From Octopus sinensis (taxonomy: Eukaryota): a stretch of DNA of 64,000 nucleotides. Within the stretch, counting starts at the first letter, position 1, and each line of letters opens with the position of its first letter. The stretch is taken from assembly GCF_006345805.1 (NCBI RefSeq), contig NC_043000.1, forward strand, positions 110,298,001-110,362,000. The letters are read 5' to 3'. The position numbers and the translations under genes were made by a program. The notes beneath the pieces were generated by a model. That model saw nothing but the letters and a program-made list of their open reading frames with translations. It did not search any database and was not told where the DNA came from. Positions 34,751 through 64,000 of the stretch are shown one piece after another.

Positions 34751-35529
34751 ATTAGTGCGTGTGTGTGTTGTCACTTTAGCTTTTCTACTCATTCTATTCA
34801 GTTGTTGCTACAAAATAAACACTGGAGTTAATTAGCTAAACCCTTCGAGGCAGTGATTCAGCGTAACGTCAATCCAGTGACTGAGGCCACCAACAAAGAA
34901 AAATATCTAAAACCTTTATGTTGAAGATATGGTTTCATGGTCCAACAATTTCCCTTGTAGCCACTTTCGCATTATGGATTGTCTCCCTTGAACATCGTGT
35001 ATCAAGGATGAAGTTGTCTCCCTTACACGCATTCCTCCTTCCCCACCGTCTCCCCCAAGCTTAGTTTTTAGAGAAGAAACTATGCAGGCTCATTGCCTGG
35101 GATGCACTCCGCATGAATTCTAATAGTGAAATCAACGTCGCCATATCCAAGGAACGGGGGGCGGGGGAGGCATTAAAATACTAATCACAGAATTACTCGA
35201 TGAAGAAAAGACAATTACAGTCAATGACTAATAACTGGGCACTCCGTCGCTGGCCTGTTCGTGAAATTAACGTGCATGTGGCTGCGCAATCCACCGACAC
35301 ACGTAACCATAACGTTCTCAGGGAGATCTAGTGTGACAAAGCTGGCCCTTTGAGTGGACAGGAGCAAAGTGTCTTGCTCAAGGACACAATGCACTGCAAG
35401 GAATCGAATTCCTGACCATATGATTAAGAGCCAAATACCTCTAACCACTAAGCCATGCACCTTCCCTCTCTGATGAATAGAATTTTAGTTATGACAATTA
35501 GTTTGTTCAAAGTGGCCGATTGTTGGGCC

Positions 35530-35830
35530 TTACGGAGGAAAGGGTCGAGCCCTTTGGCATTATGTCGTCGTGCTTGAGAAGAAGACCCATCAAGCTGAGC
35601 AAAATCACAGTCGTGGCAGATACTGGTGTCACACAAACGGCACTCGTGCTGATGGCACATAATATCACCCATTGCACTCTTGCAGTGGTTGGCATTAGGA
35701 AAGGCATCGATCTGTAGAAACCATCCCAAATCGGACTGGGGTTTGATGCAGCCTCCAGCTTGCCAGCCCTGGTCACACTGTCCAACCCATGCCAACATGG
35801 ACAATGGACGTTAAATGATGATGATGATGA
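35530..35830 (+). mobile_element. Older RTE-LINE 3' fragment
   Basis: Diverged terminus ending GGACGTTAAATGATGATG. Confidence 0.7.
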
Positions 35831-36134
35831 TTTGCTTAACCCTTTGCCTATCCCAAGCAGTCCCAAACGTCCAATCCTTGTTTTCACACGTTTTATATGT
35901 TCTGAATGATATAGAGTTTTCTTTTTATAAATCCCAAGTTGCTCCGGTGGTCAAAAAGATAAAAAAAGAAAGAAAGAAAAGGAGCTGGAAATGTGTATCT
36001 TAAATGATGTATGGACACCAGGGAAATATGTTCTGGGTACCACATGTAACACACAGAACATGAAAAGGGTTACATCTGCTTTGCTATGCTTTTGTGGCTT
36101 AGACTAGAAAAGAAATTTAAGGTAAAACTTTTCA

Positions 36135-36446
36135 TGGAGTAAAGATTGTTTGCCAACATAACACGACAGCCCTGGTTTAGGATGAATGTTACTGTAATTT
36201 ATCCCCAGCAGACATCATCTCCAGCTGGCTATACGACACTCTGTGTCCTTATATTTTCGAACAAGGGAATCTAGCACAGATATTGTTTTGGGCTGAGTAG
36301 GGGCGCTAGGTTCCTTTGTTCAAAAATATAAGGACACAGATCATGTCATATAGCCAGTTGGAGACGATGTCTCCTGGGGCTAAATTACAGCAACATTCGT
36401 CCTAAACCAGGAATGCCATGTTATGTTGGCAAAAATCTTTACTACA
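36135..36446. mobile_element. MITE with long imperfect terminal inverted repeats (about 135 bp arms)
   Basis: AGTAAAGATTGTTTGCCAACATAACA... mirrored by ...TGTTATGTTGGCAAAAATCTTTACT. Confidence 0.8.
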
Positions 36447-39254
36447 AAGTACTGTTGCTGAATAAGTATTGTGCATGCCCTTTGCTGACCTTCTCTGATA
36501 AGTTGTGAACCTGAGTACCTGAATATGGTAAGTTCATTATTATATATTTATTCCAATGTAATTTGAAGGTGTGGAGATTAATTCACAGGTAATGCTATGA
36601 ACCAGTAATTTGTCTTGAGGGAAAACTGGAATTAATGGCATCCTTATTCACATCTCTTTTTCTTTGACTGAGTATCTTCCTTGTCATCTTTGTCTGTAAG
36701 CCAAAAGGGGAAATTTTGATCTTGGTAATGAACTCTGCTTGCAGGATGGTGACACACATTTACAACTTTTATGTTGTGCTAAGGCAAGGGACAGTAAAAA
36801 ACATACACATGCATGCATATGAGAGACTTCCTTGCAGTTTCCGCCTATCAAATTCACTCACAACATTGGTCTGCAGCTATAAAAAAAAAACACTTTCTCA
36901 GGGTACCATGCATTGGAACTGAACCTGAAACCACGTGGTTGTAAAGTGAGATCCTTAACCACACAACCATGCCCACATTTTCTTTTTGCAATTTAAAAAT
37001 AACAAGATGACAGATTTTCATGAAAAATTATTTTTATTTTCACATGTTTACAACATTTCCCAGTGAAAATATATTTGATACATAAAAAAAAAAACAACTT
37101 TATGAATTCATCGCATTTACACAGAAAACCAAAATGTATTTCAGAAATCAGGTTCCTTTAAATTGTTCCATTTTTTTTTTCTCTTTTAATCAGCAGTTGT
37201 TCATTTAATTTCATTGACTGTTAAAGTACTGAAGTTTGGGTACAGGGTATATAGGGGTACAATCCCAGGTACCAAAACAAAGTAACCTGCTTTGTTTGGT
37301 TATATTTTTCATTGCTGGATTCTCCCCTTTCACATAAAGATTAAAAAAAAAAAAATGCAAGTACAACGTTAACTTTCTGGACAGCGACAGTTCAGAACTT
37401 CCTATCATCGGCATTAATTTACACTAATGCACAAGAATTTTTTCACATAATTATTCAATAATCAGTTAATTTAGAGCTCATTGACCAAGGTGACCAACTG
37501 CCTCTGGTTTGGAAAATCAATCATCCAGAAAGGTTTTGGAAGCAAAAGTTCCAGGAGATTGATGTTGTACCTGTACTTTGGAAGGATAATTCCTATTTCG
37601 GGTAAATTGCCAAACTATTTTATCACTTTTAGACTAACTTGAGTTGCAGATTCTTTAACAAGAAAGCTTACTATATTCTGTCTCAAAATATATATAAATG
37701 AAGGCGTTTTTGGAGTGAGATTATAATTAGATTAAAATATTAATTAATAAGTAGCAATGGCATCTGGACAACATTAAGGAAATAGTGTTCTCCTTTCATC
37801 CTTCAAGCCTTGAAAATCATGTTTATCCACAGCTTCAAGAACCTGTAGGCATGAGATAAATGGGTTTTTCTGTCAGTCTTTCTTACGATTTAATGAAATG
37901 TTTCTGTAGAAAGACAAAAAAATATGGAGCAAATTTTTACAGGAAAAGACTGAAATCAGTCCTTGATGCTTCACTTGTGACCCTGAGATACCTGTTGACA
38001 TGAGAGGGTTTCCAACGTTTGTGGTGGGTTTAGAAGAGCTTACAAAACCTCCAAGTAGCCATTGCAGTTCCTGCAAAAAGCAAACCAATTCCAAGAGACA
38101 CTAAACCCAAAAACCCTCACAGAATCACACAAAGAAGAAAACATTGTCCGGTTGTCTCTCGTTTAAGTAGTTTCCATTCTATTAATGAATTTAGAAAGCA
38201 TTTTGGAGAGACACATAAAAAAAACAAACAAGAAACAAAACAAAACAACTAATATTTTTTCTAAATACCATTTGAATGTAACAAAATTTAATAAACTAAT
38301 ATATATAGATACATATATATATATATATATCATTCTAATGTCCATCACTAAGTAAGATTTCTTTAAATCCAAAAGAACTGCAACAATCCTGATTGTTATA
38401 ATCAAACTTCTTGATGCCTTTATCTAATTTTATTATTTTTTTTTGTAGCTCCTTAAAATGAAGCAAAGACAATCCATCTGGGGGAGGTGGTCATTCCAAA
38501 CATTATATTAGTCATTAGTGAAACTTGGTACAAGTCAAAAAACAGAAACTTGCCTGCAAGTCGGCAATAAATAGGTAAAGGGAACGACAACAGGGGGAGG
38601 AGTGGGCGGGGGAGGCTTACATACAATTGCAAATTAATAATTAATGATTTTAATTTATAACAGATTATTCAATGAAACCTGATGTCTCATACAGATTTTT
38701 TTTCTTCCTTTCCGTTCAAAATGTTTATTACAAATATTCTGTACAAATGATAAATATTTTTTTGAAGTGGGATTAAGAGAAATCTATTTACAAAGTGTGA
38801 AATGGATTTAAAAAAAAAAAAATCTTCAGACACATGGCACATGCACACACACACATGATGGGCAATGTTGTTTAAGACATCCACAGTTGAAAGTTTCAAG
38901 GATTAGGGGTCAGTTCTTATTGAAAGAACGGCAGGTGGGAATTGTGAATCCATACCCCTGTCTCTTCTCCTTCATCTCTCTCACTTTATATAGAACACAC
39001 ACTTTATATAGGCAATGAAAATAAAATTATCTACTTTTAGCCATAGGCTGAAACAGCTGTAAGAAGTGATTTTAATGATTTCTTTAATTTATATTATGAC
39101 TTTTTAAATTTGTATTCTTATCTTATATCTTTGATGTTCTCATTTTGTTAAATGAATAAATAATCCAACATTATAATATCCGAAAGTTGATGAACAAACT
39201 AAATTTGTTTCTCCATTTTCTTGTGCCTACAGTAGAAGGATATATATATATATA

Positions 39255-39472
39255 TATCCTTCTACTGTAGGCACAAGGCTTGAAATTTTGGGCGAGGTGG
39301 GGGCTAGTCGATTTCATTGACCCCAGTACTCAACTGGTACTTATTTTATCGACCCCGAAAGGATGAATGGGAAAGTTGACCTTGGCGGAATTTGAACTGA
39401 AAACGTAAAGATGGGTGAAATGCCACGAAGCATCTTGCCTGGCATGTTAACGGTTCTGCTAACGCACTGCCT
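39255..39472 (-). mobile_element. SINE family A copy
   Basis: Reverse complement of the family A body. Confidence 0.75.
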
Positions 39473-40633
39473 TTCTATATGTATATATATGTGTATATAT
39501 ACACACACACACACATATATATATATATACAAGGACATGCATGTGTGTGTTTGAAAGAACTGTATAATTATGATTTTCAACTAACAGTGGAATAAGGATA
39601 GTTGAGTGTGTGTGTGTGTAAGAGAGAGAGAGAGAGAAAACAGGATCCAGCTTTCAACTGACAACAAACAACATTGTCCCTAAATATTTATCTGAGGATG
39701 TCACACCGGATGATGATAAAACACACACACAGCATGGAAGGGGAATTGGGAAGAAATCATATACTGCTGCTGCTGCAGCTGGGGCTGGTTGAAAATGGTT
39801 ATTTTATACAAAAGATTAAATAAAAATAGGTTTTTCGTTTTTACAAAATTAAATCCTTTTTTCTTTTTTTGCTCAATTTCTTTCTTTTACAGTAAAGTTC
39901 CTCTCAATGGTAGACCAGCCACCATGGAGCGAACTGGACACTCACAACCCTTTAGATATATTGCAGGAAAAAAAAAAAGAAGTTTTTTTGACATCAATAA
40001 TAATAATAATAATAATAATAATTAGTTGTAACATAGGCACTGTGCCTCAAATTTAGAGGAAGGAGTCTTGTCAATTATATCTACCCCAGTGCTAGACTGG
40101 TATTTTTTAAATTTTATCTACCCAGTAAGGATGAAAGGCAAAGTAGACCTCAGCAGAATTTCAAGTGAGAACATAGAGTTGAAACTATCACAAGACATTT
40201 AGTATGATGCTCTACCAATTCTGCATATCCACAGCCCTTAAAATGGTTTCTCAGAATAACATAAGGCCGCAAAACTTTTTCTTTCCCTTTTTTTTGAGTG
40301 GGAAATTATAGTTGATTGAATCGACCCCAATATTTGACTGGTACCTTTTTCTTTATATATATCCATATATATAAATATATATTCTTGTTAAAAGAATGAA
40401 AGGATAAGTCAACCTTGGTGAGATTTTAATCTCAGATTGTTTTAATAAAAATGGCGACCATAATAAAATTACCCAAAGGTATTTCATCAGATGCTCAACT
40501 GATCACCATGTCAATAATAGTAATAATAATAATAATAATTAAAAAAATAATAACGAAACATTAATTATAATAAAAAAAAAACAGGCTCACACAGCAATAA
40601 AAAAATTGAATTTCAAAAAAAAAAATTATATAT

Positions 40634-40671
<38 letters not shown>

Positions 40672-41691
40672 AACGCTAAAATGGTTAGAATATAAATTAA
40701 CAGAAACATAACTCTTGGAGTTTTATTTTCTCCATTATTTGATTGAGTTAATGTTTGTGTGTGTGTGGGGTTTGTTTCCGCTGATCCTGCAACGGAATAC
40801 AAGAGACATCTTCAATGACACTACGACTGCTTTTTCTTTCGGTAGGTACTCCACATAAACACACACAACAATAAAATACACACACACACTGAATCATATA
40901 TACACATATATGTGTGTGTGAGTGTATATATACATATATACATAACAGAAGCTGAAACTAATACAAATGAGTTACCACAAGTAGTAGTAAGTTGGCAAAC
41001 GTACATTATATATATACTCAAAATAAGCAACAAGGGTTTAATAAAATGAAGTAGCATGAAACAATTGTACTACTCTACCTTGGATATCCTTGTTGCTTAT
41101 TTTGATTATAATCACCCCATTTGATTTATATGGATAATACCATACCAAATTCTGGTGCCTTTAACTTAAGTACCATATTCATCTGAATCTCTCTCTCTCT
41201 ATATATATATATATGTAATGATTTATGTGGCGTAGAATCTTGGGTGTGCATAGATGTATGTTGTTTGTTAACTCACAACTATACTATGATAAAAGCAAGG
41301 ACTGGAAGTGTAACCTGCAATTATATTAGTAAAATATCAGCTTTTTGCAAATATTACTTTACTCAACGTACTTTCTCTTCTATATATATATATATATATA
41401 TCAAATTGAATGGATGTTAGTTATTGAGGTCTTTTTAATATGTCTGCAAAGTTATTTTGCAAGTAGAGATATTTGCAAATACAACCGTATGTATAATTAT
41501 ATATGTATATATATGTGTGTGTGTGTGTGAGCGTGCGTGCGTGTGAGTAAAATTCCTGGAAGGATCATCACACTCCACACCAATACCAAAGGAGCAGTAT
41601 TCAGCACTGCCATCATTTAGCAAGATAAACTTGCAGAAATGTGAAAGTAGGTTCAATCAGGACAAAATGTTCTTGATGTTCTTATCGAAGT

Positions 41692-60024
<18,333 letters not shown>

Positions 60025-61681
60025 TTCTAGAAATTTTTGTTAAACTGATTCCTCACAAGCTCCAAATTGAACTGCAATGAAGAAGAAATGAAAGAAAATT
60101 AGAAATCAGACAGATTACCATCATCACTATTGTAGATATATGTATGTATATCTTTTTGCTAATATAAATCAAAGAATGTAAACAAACTAAAAAAAAAGAA
60201 AGACATTTTTTTTTTCAAGTCAGTGACTAGGTTGCAGTTGGTGTGAGGAAAATGTTGATACCAAATAATAAATGTTTAAGTGAATTTAACAGATTTTTGG
60301 GTGTTTCTGAATGGTTAATATGTGTGTTCCTTGCAGTGTTGTTCTGCTGTAAGGTGGGGAGCTGACAGAATCATTAGCATGTAGGACAAAACGCTAAGCA
60401 ACATTTTGTCCATTTTTATATTCCAAGCTCAAATTCCATTGAGGCTGATTTTGGATGTTGATAAGACAATACCAGTTGCATACTGGGGGTAATGTAATCG
60501 ACTTACACCTCCCCTGAAATAGCTGGTGCTGTGCCAAAATTTGAAACTAATATTGTTCTGCAGCTAGTTAGAGACATTACTGTGTCATTCTGTCCTTTAT
60601 TCCACATTGCAGTACCTTGGACAAGTTACTCCTGCCACTGACCGATGTTGGTCAATGCCTGCTGCATGGAATTTGATGGACGGAGGCTGCTTAGGAGTCA
60701 GGAAAATGTAGATGTACTTGCACATCTTTTACCAGTTTAAGTCAGCATAGAATACAGAAAATTGGACAAAAAAAAAATTCCATATCAACAAAGTTCCTTA
60801 TAATATCTGTTCTGCACCTAGTTACAGATACTCCCTTACCATTCCCACAATCAGAAATGCATTAAACCAGTGATTGGCTCTTTATGAACTTACAACAGAT
60901 GACCATATTTTCATAAATCACAAAATAAATAAATAAATAAACATGGTGTAGGAATGGCTGTGTGGTTAAGAAGCTTGGTTTGTAAGCAGGTGGTTTGGAG
61001 TTCAATGTCATTGCACAGCACCTTGGGCAAGTGTCTTCTACTATAGTCCCACATATACGTCTTTGTGTGTCTATGTTTGTCTCCTACCCACTGTCTGACA
61101 ACCAGTGTTGGTTTGTTTGTGTCCTTTTCACTTAGTGGTAATGAAGATTGATGGAATAAAAACAAATCAACTCAGTACTCGTGCACTGGCGTTGGTTTGT
61201 TTCACTAAAATCCTTCAAGGCTGTGCCCCAGCTTGGCCACAGTTGAATGGCTGAAACAAGAGAAGAAGGATGGAGAGAAACATACAGAATTTCGTTGTTA
61301 GAAACATTTAACATACCATGAGAGAGAGGGAGAGGGAGAGAGAGAGAGAGGGAGGGAGAGAGAGAGGGTAACTATAATAACTATGATATTTACTTCTTTT
61401 TTGAAATTGATGGCATCCATGTGAAGAATTCTTGAGGCAAACCCACACAATTCCAAATGCTGAACTAGGCCAAAAACTAAAGAACCAGTAAAATGGCCAA
61501 AAATAGGCCAATGAATCACCCAGAAGAATCTATTTTAAGAAGATTAGCACACCTGCTATGGGAACATTCCAAACCAAAGTGAATGTCACTAAAATTAGAA
61601 TCCCACTCGGCTCACTTAGCATTCTTCGCTTCAGCATGAGACAGATGGAAGTCAGAGTGGGTTTCCTTGCAGAAATTTATA

Positions 61682-61713
<32 letters not shown>

Positions 61714-62283
61714 AAGCAGAAGGGTGCAGAGCTAGAGTGAAAGAACAGCCAAGAATCCTCCTCCACCCTCTCGCATCTTAAAACAAAGATATCACAGCAG
61801 ATAATGTAGTATGCGGTACACTATGCCACTCCAAAACGACAGCATCGTTATGGCTGGAATGTATTTGATCATACTTCAGTTTGGCCAGCACTGGCCTGGA
61901 GTTAAACAACAACAACAACAACACCAACTAATAACTACACCATCTCTGTTAGGTCTCCTTGATCATGGCTGGCCCGGGGTTAAACAACATCAACAACAAC
62001 AACAACAACACCATTCTGCAGATAGGTGTGGGGGAAGGGGGGGAACTAACCGTAACTGAATGGCATATCTTTTATTATTAGTCTTGCGATGGCTGACTGC
62101 CAGAATGTCTTGATTGAAAGCCAATAGTTAAGGAATTCACAGTTACAATTGTATTAAGTAGTATTATTTTCATTGGTGGTGGTCTTTAGGTGGAAGTCTT
62201 TACTTAAACACTCTTACCAGAGAAAAAATTGAGCGTTGGGGTAAACACTGTGTAAAACAGAATTCGTTGGCTTTACACATACG

Positions 62284-62343
<60 letters not shown>

Positions 62344-63037
62344 CACATATATATACACACACACACATATATATATGCACACACATATATATATATATAA
62401 TACACACACACACACTGCTAAGTCTTCTATGTTTAAATTATATACAATTATTACTAGTTAGTACTATTACATCAACACACACACATGTAGTATACGAGTA
62501 TATATAGATACACACACACATACACACAAGTACATACAACGCCGTCACCACCACCATTTATGTCCCAAGTTCAATTCCTATCCAAAGCCAACTTTTGGAT
62601 TTCATACTTCTCCAAAAATCATTGAGAACAGTCAATAACAGCTAGACATCAATTAGCAACAATGTTAAGTCGTTAGACATTAGCAACGTCACTATTAGCT
62701 CGCAACATTTTGTAATAAAGGCCGAAAGACTATGTTGTTAGCAACATAGTTTGTCTCGTTTGATGGTAACACTCAGTCAACACAACCATTTGCAACAGTC
62801 TAAAACGCTAGATATTGTTCGCAACAATCAACAAACACCATGTACAATCCAAATTGCAATCATAGCAGAGTAGTTAAAAAGTTCAATTCACAATCATAAG
62901 AGACAGGGTTCGATATCAAGGTGTGATGGTTCAAACACACACATACAAACAATAGACACACACACAAGCACATAAACATACACACAAACATATACAAAGT
63001 GATAGCAAACAATGAAAATTTATTTTTTCAACTATAA

Positions 63038-63068
<31 letters not shown>

Positions 63069-64000
63069 ATATGCACATACATACTGTTGATTTGTTTCAA
63101 TTATTGAATTGCAGTCATGCTGAGGCACCGCCTTGAAGAATTTTATTCGAATAAATCGATCCCAGTTTGAAATTTGGTACTTATTCTATCGGAAATTATT
63201 ACCGACCTGTTAAGAGGGTGGGGTGTGAACAAAACATCGGTCAAGCTGTGGCACGAAGACACACGACCAGCTACTGTGCAGTTTCTGTTGACCAAATTTA
63301 CCCACAGGCACTGGTCAGCCCGGGGCTATTAGTGGAAGACACCTGTACCTCGCAGTGGGACTGAACCCAAAACCATGTGGTTAGCTTGTTAATCAGACAC
63401 GTGCGCCTTTATTTGTCCCAGCCACACTACTTGACAATCGGAATTAATCTATTTACATCTACGTGACTTAGCGATTCGGTAAACAAAATCGGCAGAATAA
63501 GAGCCAGATTTTTATTTTTAAAGTAAGTACTGGAGGCGATTTGACTAAAATCCCCCCTAAAGTGATGTCCAATCAAGGCCGCAGTCCAATGTTAAAAAGA
63601 ATAAAATAACAAAGCAGGGCTCGAACGATCTGAAACTCTTTAAGGAATTTCTTTCCCCTCTAAACTTTATTTTACATTCCCGAAAACTTATCTCTGCAGA
63701 GCTTCATTAAAAATAAGTATTTTTCAGAAAGTTATGAGGAAACAAAATCCGGTGGGGGGGGGGGCACTCATTCGCAAGAAACATGAAAATTAACGAACAG
63801 GAGAAAGCCGTTTATATATTTATATGGGACGAGAATCAGAGAATGGTCTCGATAAATAATTGGAACTAGTAAAGGTGATTGGAAATTATTCTTAGCAATG
63901 TTGAAGAATTTTAAAGCGAAAACGTATCAAAAACATAATTCTATCTTTCGTTCGTTCTTCTACCAAACAACAGATTAAAGCATCATCATCATGTATGTAT

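Overview
Eukaryotic, AT-rich, intron-rich and repeat-dense animal DNA. The microsatellite, SINE and RTE-LINE landscape suggests a cephalopod such as Octopus; this is inferred, not proven. I reconstructed three spliced genes by hand, all with GT-AG introns and consistent phases: TIPRL/TIP41-like (minus, 7 coding exons, 283 aa, 8604-22729), TAF13 (plus, 4 exons, 121 aa, 26104-30853, head-to-head with TIPRL) and an angiomotin-family gene (minus, 14 coding exons, 722 aa, 41692-60024). Introns and intergenic DNA contain two young 5'-truncated RTE-like LINEs with a PHD-type finger inside pol, and many 3'-end fragments of that LINE carrying variable stem-loop arrays. They also contain three tRNA-derived SINE families, piggyBac-type MITEs, Helitron-like ends, other LINE relics and Penelope-like (GIY-YIG) relics. 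The most notable signals are: (i) minimal hammerhead-ribozyme motifs, including a tRNA-head + hammerhead module shared with a Penelope relic and present as a fold-back palindrome; (ii) the modular tandem-hairpin 3'UTR of the RTE LINE; (iii) a two-donor templated insertion inside a TIPRL intron. Family assignments rest on remembered motifs; no database search was run.
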